From contig OZ024742.1 in assembly GCA_964016885.1 (NCBI GenBank), forward strand, positions 74,896,001 to 74,960,000: DNA of 64,000 bases, written 5' to 3'. Shown piece by piece: positions 39,380 through 52,186 of the stretch. The notes beneath the pieces were generated by a model, which was not told the origin of the DNA, ran no database searches, and saw only the letters and a program-made list of their open reading frames with translations. The position numbers and the translations under genes were made by a program. Position 1 is the first letter of the stretch, and each line of letters opens with the position of its first letter. This stretch comes from Eledone cirrhosa (taxonomy: Eukaryota).

Positions 39380-40230
39380 AGTCGTGCCCTACCCGCCTAC
39401 CCATTGGCCTACTTGTCATACGGGTCTCCGAATATGCTCCTCACTGCAGACAGGATCATACCAGCTTCAACCAACGTCAAACGGGGTGATCCATTGAGCC
39501 CATGTCTCTTTGCTCTAGGGGTAGACAACATTGCTCGGAGCATCACCACCCCTCTCAACATCTGGTACCTGGATGATGCGACGATAAGCTGTCCCGCAGA
39601 GAGTGTCTGACATGATCTCTGATCAATGGTTCCCGTTCTGTCAAAGATCGACCACGAGATCAACTCATCTAAGTCAGAGGCTGTAAACGTCAATTACGAC
39701 ATTGAAGGTTTCGTGACCTCCGTCTCAGACGTGCGATCGTTACTCCATCGTGTGCAGGTGACCTCTAAAGAAGACGTCCTCATCCTCGGTTCCCCTATCT
39801 TCCCGCCTATCATTCTTTGAAGCTCTGACGAGTAGACTGAGCCTGATCGACGCCCACTTGGCACTCTTTCTGGCAAGGAACTGCTTCACCATGCCAGAGC
39901 TCCTATACACCTTCCTCAGTGCCCTTTGATACAGCCAAGCCTCACAGATCTCAACGATTGAATCTGCTGAGGAGATATGCAACATTCGGTTTGATAACAC
40001 CGGATGATAACATGCCACCTTACCCGTCAGATATGGCGGTCTCGGTCTCCAGTCTCACTGGCCCTACCATATTTTCTTTCGTCGGTGACCACTTGCCGTG
40101 TCCTCATCAACAAGGTTATCCACAACATAACTGAATCCACTGTGATCGGGGAACGTGAAGTGGCCTACGTGATAAGGAACCAGCTCAACCCCTGCCCCGC
40201 AGCGTCCACGCTCCTCTCGTCTCCGTAGAC
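39380..40230 (+). mobile_element. CRE-like non-LTR retrotransposon RT remnant
   Basis: VKRGDPLSPCLFALG, LNIWYLDDATI, EINSSKSE, ILGSPI. Confidence 0.75.
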
Positions 40231-40549
40231 GTCTAGTCCCACCTCCAAAGAAAAGATGGGATGCTATCTAGTGCACCATGACATAGGTTGGTGAGTTGCC
40301 GATCCACTGTGAATTCCGTATCTAATGATATACGGTATGTTTACGAATAAACATTTTGAAAGCCCTTTAGCTATGAACATTGAAAAGCTGACGGGTAGCG
40401 TTTTCTAGCTGATACTATCAGAGGCAGTGGGGGATAACTGTCAACACATTCCTAGCTTACTGCCGTCATCAGGACACTGCCTCATCCATCCTGCTCTCTG
40501 CGGAAAACACCCAGATCAATCCCAGAGAGATTGCCAAAAGACTTCATTC

Positions 40550-41220
40550 TGAAAGGACTGAAAATAGTATTGAGAATAACCACTTAATCTTTGACACCAA
40601 CTTTTAGGAACGGCCATACTCACAACGGTAGCCCCAACATATGCAACAATCGTGATGAGCCTCCCAGAGGAAAATTATATTCTCAAAGGAATAAAGGAAA
40701 CATTCAACCAAGAGTTTGCCATCTATGATATATAAGAAACAACTGGAAACGATATCTAGATGACAGCTTTATCTGGAATAGAAGCCATAAAAACCTGGAA
40801 AGGTTCTATTCCCTCCTAAACAGATTGCACGAATCAATACAATTCACAATGGAACTACTTTTTTTTGGACATCTTAATTATTAAAGAAGAGAATATTAAA
40901 TCAAATATCGTCTATAAACTAACAGACACACACCAGTACTTCAATTTCCCCTCACATACGAAACTGAACGTTCACTTCAATATGGCATGACGTATTTTCA
41001 CCATACTGACAAACCCTGCATTAAGGGAAAAAGATTAGATAAAATTGAAACTGTTTCTTCAAAGACAAGAATATCATGTGAACCTGGTCAATACGGCCAT
41101 GTCGAAGGCCCAAATCATGATTAACAAATCGAAATGGAAAAAGCTATTATCTATTTTGGTACCACTCATAAAACCAGGAACTACAATATAACTCCCGATT
41201 CTCCAACAATCCCCCAACGC
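40550..41220 (+). pseudogene. Highly decayed PLE RT
   Basis: VLENNH, VAPTYA, WKRYLDD, IQFTME, FLDILI, YKLTDTHQY in shifting frames; decayed HHR-like motif near 41391-41418. Confidence 0.7.
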
Positions 41221-41460
41221 GTTGGCAGTTATTCACACTGTAAATTTGGGCATTATTTTATTGAGTAAGAATATATTTGCGTATGTAGAAAGGTCACTTT
41301 TGTGGTGGTGGGCTGGGGACACTATGAATTTATTATTTATAATTAGAAATAGAATCTTTCGCCATATTTTTTTACTAAAGAAATTATAGCCTGACAGTGA
41401 GGTTTAGAACCCTCGAAGAAATGGAATAAGATGAGTATTGACGTACATATACGTCAAATC

Positions 41461-41626
41461 AGGGTCGGACGCCATGCGTAGCAGCATAGAATTACGCCCC
41501 TTTACGGTATGAGTTCAAATTCCGCCGAGAAAACTTTGCCTTTCATCCTTACGGGGTCGATGAAATCAAGCACCAGTAATGCACTGAGATAATTGCTGGT
41601 CTTGTGGCAAAAGAAGAAACAATTAT
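41461..41626 (+). mobile_element. tRNA-derived SINE, diverged copy
   Basis: Same family as 9503. Confidence 0.8.
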
Positions 41627-42169
41627 TTATAATATCATTATAGTATTGTATACATATGATATAATAGTAGGGTAAATATCAAATGATACATATATTATAT
41701 ATAAATATATGAAATAAAAAAGATATATAATATTTATTCATGAACTATTTTATTTATTATATTTTATTTACAATTTGCGTGTAGGCAGGTCTTTTTGGAA
41801 ATAGAGGTGAGGGACGCTGAGAGTATTATGTTGTCGTGAGGGTGGGTGGGGTGTGTACCGATACGTTTAAGAATCTCTGATTTAACACATAGTGTTTGTA
41901 AGTTCTAGTAAACATTATTGTTTTCGAAAATTCTTTAATCTTATAATTCTAATTATTCATGCAACCTTACAACCTTTATAATTGTTTGTATTTCTTTTCT
42001 AGGCAATATTATTATCATTTTTTTATCTCTAAATTTTACATAGCTCTGTTCCCCTTGAAGTACCGTCACGGTAGACTGACTTGTCTAACCGACGACAAGT
42101 ATATTAATCCCTTTTGATCTCTGAGGTAGTGTAGGTGTCCTTGTCCCTAGGACTACCTCCCTACTTACC

Positions 42170-42300
42170 ACTATAGGCGCTGAGCTGGTGTGAGCCTCGC
42201 AAGATGGAATGGCTCTTCCAGCGCATCTCCCTTACCATCCTCCGGGGAAACACCTTCCCCATTCTCATCGCCGGGGCTGTGGGCGGCCAGCATGTGGGAC
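42170..42300 (+). mobile_element. CRE-like element C-terminal fragment
   Basis: WLFQRISLTILRGN resembles the RLE tail motif QR.S....RGN. Confidence 0.55.
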
Positions 42301-42493
42301 CCCATTTGCTCATAATACAGAGAGATGGAGGTGATGACAGTGGGATTTTGGCTCTTCCGATACTTGGAGATTACCCTCCTCAGCTCGAAGGGTAGCAGAG
42401 CCTGGGTTAGCCGCAGACTGCACCATGTTGCCGCTGGAAAATGCCGTCTGATATGTGGGTGTGTGTGCATAGAACAATTAAAGCAGAAGTCAG

Positions 42494-42589
42494 GTGTAGG
42501 TAGATAGCTAGTCCATTGTTTTACGATCCTTTCAGAGATCGATGTATCGATCTCTGAAACGATCGTAAAACAATTAACAAGCTATCTAC

Positions 42590-42595
<6 letters not shown>
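42494..42595. repeat. ~100-bp palindrome containing an HHR 3' half
   Basis: gtaggtagatagct...tcagagatcgat|atcgatctctgaaacgatcgtaaaacaa...agctatctacctac. Confidence 0.85.
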
Positions 42596-42660
<65 letters not shown>

Positions 42661-42706
42661 ATGTGTGGTATATATTTGTCAAACAGTTTTATATATATAA
42701 TATATA

Positions 42707-43220
42707 CTAGCCGAATTACCCGCGCCTTGCTGCGTTTCACACATTTTTTTTGTAAGAAAATGATGATTGATTTTAAATCAGTAATATAATTTATGGAGAA
42801 AAACTCTGCATTTCAATATTATTCAATGTAAAATGTAATGCATAAAAAATTGGAAAACATTATTTTTTGTAATATATCAAATCAAAATTACATTATAAAA
42901 TCTTATTCTTATTTTGTTTCTTGTAAATAATTTTTTTCAAAATATCAATTCAAACATTTTAGGAATAGGCATCATATCTTGTCATTTACCTATGGTTTAA
43001 ATTTCATATAAATCGAAGGGAAACATTTTCAGCGGGGGATTTGTGCCGCCCGGGAACCCTTTGATTAAAATGAAATATACTTATCCAAGTACCCTGGGAA
43101 ATGTAGTTTCAGGATATATATATATAGTTATGGGGGTCTATCTCCAAAACCATAGGAGTAGTTCGTGAACAAACAAACAACCAAACAAACAGACAGGAAC
43201 TACAAGTTTATATATATAGA
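42707..43220 (-). mobile_element. Complete non-autonomous Helitron (514 bp)
   Basis: A|TCTATATATATAAA 5' end; 3' hairpin CGCAGCAAGGCGCG plus CTAG|T; no TSD. Confidence 0.85.
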
Positions 43221-43222
43221 TA

Positions 43223-44651
43223 TTATTTCAGTGACTAAGCTGTAATATAATCTATATATATATACATATGTGCGAGCGTGTGGGTCTATCTGTTAGACAC
43301 GCACTGACTAACAACAGAATGTTTTACGTCTGCATGTTGTCTGACCTGATCTGACAATATATGCGTAGCTTGTGAATAAAAGATTCAAGGGGTATCGCTG
43401 GCCGTGGAGATTCCTTCCTAACATGTTTTGTAATGTATCGTCTTATTGGCTAATTTCATCGTCTTATTGGCTAATCAACCAACGAGAGTAATTGTTGCTC
43501 AAAAGCGTTTTGTTTGCACGTTTATTTATCGTTTCGCTTTCGAATCTCTCTCCTGTATTTTGTCGTTTTATCATCAAAATATTTTTCTCATTTTGGTAAG
43601 TTATATTGTTAATTTATATATGATTTTTTAAATTTATATTAATTATTTTTTTTCAGTTCGTTATAACATGCTTAGAATATTGGTTGTATCATATTTACTT
43701 GTATATATGTCCATATTATTGTTCGTTTTATGTTAGATTATTTTATTATTTTGTTAGACTATTTGTATGTAATATTTAATTTTTATTAATTCAACTAAAA
43801 CAATTATTATGTAAAATATATTTATTTAATATTGATTGTTTTTTGTAGTTGTTTATATTAAAAGTCTGAAAATATTTTTATACATCTTACAATAATATTT
43901 ATAAGATCATTTATAAAGTAACAATTATATAATCTAATTACATTACAACGATAATTTATTATTAATATATATCATGTTTAACTAGAGTTATTACAAGCGT
44001 TGCCTTAAAAAATATTAAACTAGACCTGAAAAATGCGCAAGCTCAAAAGAGCCACAGAATGTTATAATAAACCTTCAAAAGTGTGGGACTAGAGATGTTG
44101 CTCAAAAATATTGTAATCATTATCTATTGTACACTCTGTGGCATCCTTTTATAAAAAAAGAGACTCATAACGAACTTAAGAGGACACGATAATTATTTAA
44201 GTGAATTTATAATATAAAATTCGGTTTAAGTGCATTTCGTATTAATCATTACTAAACATCTAATATGAGATATTGAACATTAGCTTAAATAATGATCGTG
44301 TCGTCTTGAGTTCGTTATGAGTCTCTTTTTTTTATAAAAGGATGCCATAGATTATACGATAGATAATGATTACAATATTTTTGAGCAACAACTCTAGTCC
44401 CACACTTTTGAAGGTTTATTATAACATTCTGTGGCTCTTTTGAGCTTGCGCATGTTTCAGGTTTAGTATATATATATAGTCTATATCTATCTATAACTAT
44501 ATATATAGTCTATATCTATATATATATATAGACTTCCATAGATAATATTACATGTAAATAGCAACTTGCTTTACCCCCCTCCACACACACGCTCGCACAC
44601 AAGTATATATATATATATATAGATTATATTACAGCCTAGTCACTGAAATAA
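43223..44651. mobile_element. MITE-like element with ~60-bp terminal inverted repeats and an internal 450-bp palindrome (44018-44468)
   Basis: ttatttcagtgacta...gtgcgagcgtgtg mirrored at 44583-44651; internal arms ~180 bp. Confidence 0.7.
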
Positions 44652-45539
44652 GTGGAATACCCGTACAAGCATTCAGAGCCTCCGAGACTGCGATAAAGTT
44701 GTAGTATTTGTGACATGTCGGTAACCTGAATATGAATCCATAAGTATGTGTTTGTCAACAACCATTTTATACCCCAGACATGCTAACGTCAACAGACCTT
44801 ATCACTTCTCCAATCATAAATTTAGGCCATTTATATATTCGGCTAAATCAATAAAATCGAGAGTCATCTGTATCAACAGAAAATATGTAATTTTTATAAT
44901 CTATACCAGTAGTTAACTAGCATACATTTTAAGCCTGTGTAGGAAGACCGATAAAGGCAGCCCATTGACGCTGTAACACAACAAAGATATCAGTTATCAC
45001 AGTGTGTCTGGTAATTGTCCTGTTAGTCCCAGTAGATATAGCGAGGAAGGGCAGACTCACCATAAAGTCTAGAAGCGATGGACAACAGGTCAGCTATGAA
45101 ATATTATGACATAGCAGCAATGGACAGAAAACTGCTATCGCGGTTAGGAAAAAACTATGAAATCAACAATACGGCTTTTATCAACAACCCGAGTATCTCT
45201 AAGAAATAGCGATTGGTTTAACAATCATACTTCCATTTACTCTCTCTGTGGTCAAGCTCACACAAGAACTATTATGAGCTCGCCAGACAATCTTTTTACA
45301 ACAGCTCAGATCATCTTCGTAGAAACAGTTCATTTGGCTAATCTCATAAGGAGCAGAAGTAACTTTAATATCGAGTGCAGTAATTAATTTCAGTCATTCT
45401 CCTTAGAAAGTACGTATACTTTCTTCTTTGTTCTGTAGGGACACACTATATACACAAACAAAATTATGACACATACAGTCAAGGCCGGATGAAGCAACTT
45501 ACAACCAGAGTCATTAACGCTTCTGCAACTGTTACAATG

Positions 45540-48060
45540 CAACCTCCGCTGCTAATACAAGTTCCACAGCTTTAGATAGGTTGTATGAACAGGACATGCT
45601 ACATACTCATTTGTACGAAAGTGCATACACATGCAGACCAACTTGCATTTGGTGCATTTATATTAGTTATGGAGTTCACACACGCGCGTGCACATTTAGG
45701 AGGATCTAAATTTCTTAGAAACATTATTGAGACTCCTACCTTCAGAAAAAGTTTATGTGGAGGAGTTCAAGATGGCTCAAGAGAATTAAGGAACTCTGTT
45801 GGGTAATGGACAGCTTGATTTTCACCAAGGACTGAATCAACTGATTTGTACTCCTTAACGACTGTTGGAATCTTATTCATTAAGTTCATGGTTAATCCTT
45901 GCTACTGTCTCATTTTTTGGAGTAACAATTGCCCTTTCACACAACCATTTATGTGAATTATAATTATTACTTAAGTCTGGAAATACCATGTTCTTCAATT
46001 CAGCTGGGGAATTCACCATGATAACAATATGAGCTAAACTGATATCACCATTCCCATCATTTGGAACTTTCCCATTTCCTAATTTGAGGAGCCGCGTTGA
46101 AAACTGTTCTGCACATTGGCCCCCATGTAATAATTCCCGCATGTTAGTATTGAAGGAGAATGTCTGTACTTTATTCCATAGGTGCGAAGACTTAATGCCT
46201 GCTTTTATTTCATCAGCTCTTGTTCCTCTAGGAATGACTAGTAATGTCTATCTGAATCTCCTTATAAAACTAGATTTATTGTTGCCGCCTACTATGTGAC
46301 ATAGTGCATTCATCCTAAATGATCAGATGGCATTGGCACAACACTTCTGCTGAACCTGAACCTTTGCTTATGTTACAAATTGGACTGTCATTTGTGACCA
46401 GGTTTAGCGGTAATTTAAAAGCAGATTGAGCTGTTCGTCCTCCTGGGAGGAGGGTGGCAGCAATGCGAGACGCTGCTACAACAACTGCAATTCTTTTTTG
46501 TTGCCTTACCTTGGAGAGAAGCAATTTTGTTACAAATGTTTTACCTGTACCACCAGAAGCATCAAGAGAGAAAATTCCTCCGCTTTTTTCTCTGACTGAC
46601 GAAATAATTTTATCATATGCACAGTGTTGTTCTGGAAGAAGTTTAGGTTCATGTTCATTCACAAATGCAGCCAACTCTGTGATATCATAATTTGTCTCAT
46701 GAAGTTAAATCACTAATTTTACGGGTTTTTTTTGCAGTCCAGAACCAGATTCTTGCACATTTTTGCCTCCCATGGCTAAAATTTGAACCTCAATTTCAAT
46801 CAGTGCTTCGTTAAAATCTTTTCAGAGAACTGAATATTGATATCTGGGTTTGCCTGTTGTACTCCATACTTTAAGACCTCAGCCATATCCTCACGATGTT
46901 TTATCCAAAGCTGTAGGGGACTGCCGAGTTCACACATGTTCAACATAATTTCAAAAAGGTTACGGAGTTTCCTTGGATAATCTGACACTAATGCTTTAGT
47001 CAATTCAAGATCCCAATGCTCATCATTTACCCATCTCAAATCTTGGAATGATTTGGGACCACATGCTTCATGCAAAAGGAGCCGTAAGTAGTAGAATTCT
47101 GCTTGGCTTGGGTGGACACTGTAAACTCTTGCAAGAGCGTCAGCCCCACGTTTCCTCTTGTGCCAATTATTGTTTCTCCAGGTGTAATACTTGGGTAATT
47201 CTAGTTAAAGGAGTTTTCTTGCATCTTAATCTTCTTGACATAACTTAAAAAAGCAGTAAGGGTAGGTACTTAAAGTGCTTGTTCAAGGCTGTTTGTTTTG
47301 TAAAGATAACCATTTGGCCATTCTCTAGATGGACACTCAGATGAATGGTGACTAGGTGCCTCTCATGAATGGGAAAATTGAAGATGCGCCAAAAAGCCTC
47401 ATTGTTACTGATGTATCTTCTTCTCTCATACTGTACAACTTCGTCATTTTTATTTATCTGCTGACTCCATTCTGCATAAGAGTGTATGTTGCAGTATCTA
47501 AACCTTTGTTTATATATTTGCAAACATACTTAATAGACCTAACAGAGTTGCAGAATTCAACATTGATATGAGCTTTGGAAGTTTTTGTAAGAAGTGGACA
47601 GTAGGGTACAACCCACCGATTGTCAATGATGAATTCCTGCCCATTTCTTTTTTCGAAGTGAATCCCTGTAAAGCGGGTAGCCACATTCTGTAATTTGGGT
47701 TTCTTGTACAGAGGGACGTGGGTAGTTCTCGGTACACTTATTATCCCTCATGCATGGGGAGGATGGATTAATTGAACTATAGGGCCCATGAATCATCTGG
47801 GAATTGACAATTTCATGCAGCAAAGGATCTTGCTGTGGACCAGTCAGTTCAGCTGAGATAAATAAATCAATATCATTTAGCCGAAGGTTTCATGAAACCA
47901 AATCAAAATGTGGGCATGTGGCAATCCTCATTTTTGACATTATGCAGTTGTGCACATGTCACATTTAACTGGTCTAAAGATTTCACATTTTTTCAAGGGA
48001 TCCATCAACTTTATGATTTTAAGTCTGAACATCCTAACTATAATATCATGGTGATCTTTG
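45540..48060 (-). pseudogene. Helitron RepHel, decayed
   Basis: Rep QK.GLPHAHILIW, MIHGP, NRWVVPYCP..AHINVEFC..KYVCKYINKG; Pif1 helicase GGTGKTF, AATLLPGGRTA.SAFKLP, RAIVTPKN. Confidence 0.92.
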
Positions 48061-48377
48061 GGTTCTTGAAGATGAACTTGTTCTCTCTCTCTGTTGCTTT
48101 CTCTTTTCTCTGTCTTTTTCTCATTCTGTGTTTTTCTCGCCCACACATATTCTCTCTCACCCTCTGTAACCAGCCCCCTCTCTCTCTTTAACTCACTCAC
48201 ACACTCACACTATTTACATTTCTCCTTCGTTGTGACGAATGAAGAGGTGGAGGACGAGAAGTAAAGAACCATTTCCTCACTTTGCTTCTCTGTTTCTATC
48301 TCTCCCCTCTCACTCTCTCATTGGCATTATGCACAGACATACAAATACAAAAACATCTGCTAATATATATATATATA

Positions 48378-48420
<43 letters not shown>

Positions 48421-48424
<4 letters not shown>

Positions 48425-48667
48425 ATTAAATAAATGGAAACTATATTTATAAAACCATATTTATTTCGTTATATATATTTCAGGGATATCATATTAACAA
48501 TATGTTATGCCTTCTTCCTGAAATATATATAACGAAATAAATATGGTTTTATAAATATAGTTTCCATTTATTTAATATCATAAATATACTCCAAATACTT
48601 GTTGAGTGCTTTTATATCAGTTATAAATATTTACTCGTTGTTAACCCAACAATTTAAATATAACTTT

Positions 48668-48670
<3 letters not shown>
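48421..48670. repeat. Head-to-head inverted pLTR stub of the 7592 family
   Basis: 48421-48484 inverted to 48517-48580; right arm matches 7626-7780. Confidence 0.85.
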
Positions 48671-48716
<46 letters not shown>

Positions 48717-49149
48717 TGGGCTGTTTTAGTGATATACTATTGACTTCTTCAATATGCGTTGTAAATTTGTGCATTTTTTATTGAGTAAGAATATATTTGC
48801 GTATGTAGAAAGGTCTCTTTTTGGCGTTGGGTTGGAGGACGCTATGGATTTATTATCTATATATATAAAACAGAAAATGGCTGTCTGTCTGTGAAACCGC
48901 ATGCATTTCTACATTTTACAACCGATTTTCATCAAATTCCATACATAGGTTTCTGAAGTTCTATTACGTGTCCTAGGCTATTTTAATTTTCCGCACATCG
49001 ATTGTGCCCTCCCCCCTCAGGAGCAAATAACCCCCCTTAAGCCTCTCGCTTGGAGTCAGCAGTACTACTGCATAACGGCCCCATAATTCCTGCAGTTTGT
49101 CACCCATCTTCACCAAAATTAATCTTTTGTTTGCTTATGGCCTACAAAT

Positions 49150-50050
49150 AAATTTGCAGGCATGCACTTGCGCAGAAATTCAGGTAGAGGACCCCTTGGG
49201 GGGCAGTAAACCGACTTGATGAATGTTGAAGTTGATATCATCAATGCAACAAAACGCCATAACTGCTTGAGTTGGTGTTTGGTTTTCAGGAAGCGAGACG
49301 CATTGGTTACCCATGGATTATAAAGGAAGGTGAACACATGAACTTTTACTTGAACGTATCAAGGAGACCCTCCCGGGGGTAGGGGGGGTAGTAGGTCCCT
49401 TCGACATATCTATTGAAGTTCACATTAACACTGTATTAGTACCTGATAACTTTTTTGAAGTTTACGTTCGATTCTAACTTTACCGGACACATTGGTTACC
49501 CATTGCCTAAAGATGATGTTGAAGACACTGTCTATACCCGGAACAAGCAAGGGGACCCCCAGGGGGCAGTAAGCCCCGGTGAGTCATTTATTGAATTTGG
49601 CTATTGTAATGCAGCAAAGGGTCATAGCTTCGATAATTGGTAGTCCAATAAAATGAATTTCGACTTAGTTGTTTTTCATGTACTACAGATGTAGATACAG
49701 TGAGGCACATTTACTTTCATTTCAATTCAGCAAGAGGACTCCCTCGGGGACAATGAGCCGAATTCATTAACCTATAAAAGTTCAAACTGACACAATAAAA
49801 AAGCACCATAACCTCGGGAGGTTATACTTGATTCTTACAAAAACTAAACGAAATGGTTATTGCCTGCCATAAGTAAAGCACCACACATTCGTTATCACTT
49901 GAATTTTGCAAGGGAACCCCCTAGGGAAGCCCATTTGGACCACTTTTAAAGTTCATATTATGGTTGCAGCAAAGCATTTCAACTTATGGAAATAAAGGTC
50001 AATTCAAACGAAAGTTGACGCATCGGTTACTCATGTCCTACAAATGGAGT
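49150..50050. repeat. Diverged ~180-bp tandem array (~5 units) inside the Helitron
   Basis: aagg.gaccc...gggg hairpin motif recurs near 49187, 49362, 49549, 49732 and 49909. Confidence 0.65.
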
Positions 50051-51747
50051 AGCGAATTTTTATATCCCTCTGACTTAACTTTAGTTTGTTTAATTAACTT
50101 TAAGATGATTTAATTTAATTTTGCACCCGGTTGTCTCCCCCGTGTAATTAATTGCACCTCAATTAAGTGCGGAATGGGGAGGTAAATTTTGTTCCTTGAA
50201 CTTTGGCCTCATTTCACACTCCTAACCAAGAAAGCTCGATTTAACCCAGGTGTAAATTTTAACGCCTACTGTATGTGGATTGTGCTATTTCACACTCATG
50301 GCTAAACTGTGCGAATGATTGATTAGTTTTTGCACCCGGTTGTCTTCCCCGTTTAATTGCACCTCAATTAAGTGCGAAATTGCAACCTCTGGCCAACCAC
50401 ACATCAGTGAGTTGTGTTCAGTAGATTTCATCACACTTATTTGTATTATCTAACCATTCAGACAACTCGAGTGTTGTTCATTGAGCGAAATCACTCCTAT
50501 TTATATCGGTCAAGTCCGACCTAGGATCACACTTCCTTTGACAAGTGGTAGGTTTTTTATATGGGAACTCTCATAAGCTACCCCATGAAATGCATGCTTC
50601 TTCAACATTTGTCACCTTAAAGGAGGTTTAGTTAATGTGTTTATGGTCATAAGGTTCCAGTTTATCATGCTGTGATTTTTCGGCCATTTTTGCGTGTATC
50701 CTTTCAATGGTTAGTACTTACTTATTGCTATGTTCAAACTGAACAAACATACTGACACTTATATACCTACCACTGTAGCCACACTATTTAATTTCCTTTA
50801 TCACAGGTAGACCGTATGCTGCGTTGCCCGTAACTTAAAACCTGAAATTTGATTGGTACACAAAATCTTGCAAAACATTCCCATTTTCTCAGACCACATA
50901 GATTTATCACATTTTTTCACAATTTATACCCATTTTAGATTTGCTTACTTAAACGTTATTTGTCCACTATTTATCGTTCTCCCTGGTTAATTTTCTAAAA
51001 ACAATGCCCCCAAGAAAATAATTTCCTTGGTCGATTATCTAATGGTGCAAGTAGGTCTAAGCGAAAGCGTCTCACCGAACATGTAAATGCGACTGCGATC
51101 AGGCTCTCGCAGAATGCTGTGCAGACGTCAGCTGCAAGAGCGGAGGATGACAGTCGACGTGAACTTCGACGGAACAAAGATGCTGCCGCGACTGCTGCTG
51201 CTCGCGCGCAAGAGGATGAAGGACGACGTGCCGTTCGACGCAGCAGGGATGCCGCAGCAACATTCGCTGCTCACGCTCGAGAGGATGAAGGACGACGTGC
51301 CGTTCGACGAAGCTGGGACACCGCTGCCACTGCTGCTGCACGAAATACTGAAACCATAGAGCAACGAAGTGGCCGACTTCTGCAAAGTAAACAGTGGCGA
51401 TCATCGTTACGTGGCATTTCTAGGACTTGCAATTCACGATGGATGTTGAATGCCTTTAACTACGACACCTTCTCCGACTAATCTGTGTTTGCCTGGAAAC
51501 ATGCACGTCTACAAGTCCCTTGACTTTATGGCTGATCCGGACGAAGTTGTTAATTACCCCACATAATTTCTTAACTCCCTAGACCCTCCCGGATTGCCAC
51601 CACACTTACTGCGACTTAAGAAAGGTGCGCACTGTCATGCTCCTCAGGAATTTGGAACCCCGAAGGCTTTCCAATGGTCGTCCAAAAGGTGATGCCTCAT
51701 GTTATTGAGGCAACAATACTTACAGGATGTGGTAAGGGGGATACTGT

Positions 51748-52186
51748 TATAACAAAATGCTGGTGTGTATGAATGTAACAAGAGACGTGGTTTGTGTGTA
51801 TAACGTTTAATTAACAATTTGCAGTTATGTAGAACAGTATAGCTGACATGTCAATGAGTAGTAGTAGCTGACATGTCAATGAGTAGTAGATGAAAGAATG
51901 AAGTAAAGTTATTTGTTACCGTTTTGAAGTTAGCTCGCAAGAGGCCATGTTAGGGTTGCCAGACGAACGCGCCTGGCCGAAGAGCCAGGCAGGTCAGAAG
52001 GCTAGTAGCCGAAAGGCAAATGAGAGAGAGAGAGCTGAAAGTTATTCCCTTTATAGATCCTGCGGCGGAAGTGACAAAAAGGGCTCTGCAACCCCAACGG
52101 GAAGCAACTCCAGCTACTTCCTGTCTAGAGAGCGTTACTCTATTGGTGATGTCATCGTCACAACAAGGGAGGCAACTCTTGCTACA
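51748..52186 (-). mobile_element. Solo LTR (439 bp) with 4-bp TSD CTGT
   Basis: Minus strand TGTAGCAA...TTGTTATA, TATAAA and ATTAAA signals; removal restores helicase GDTV|FIPRIPLIP. Confidence 0.8.
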
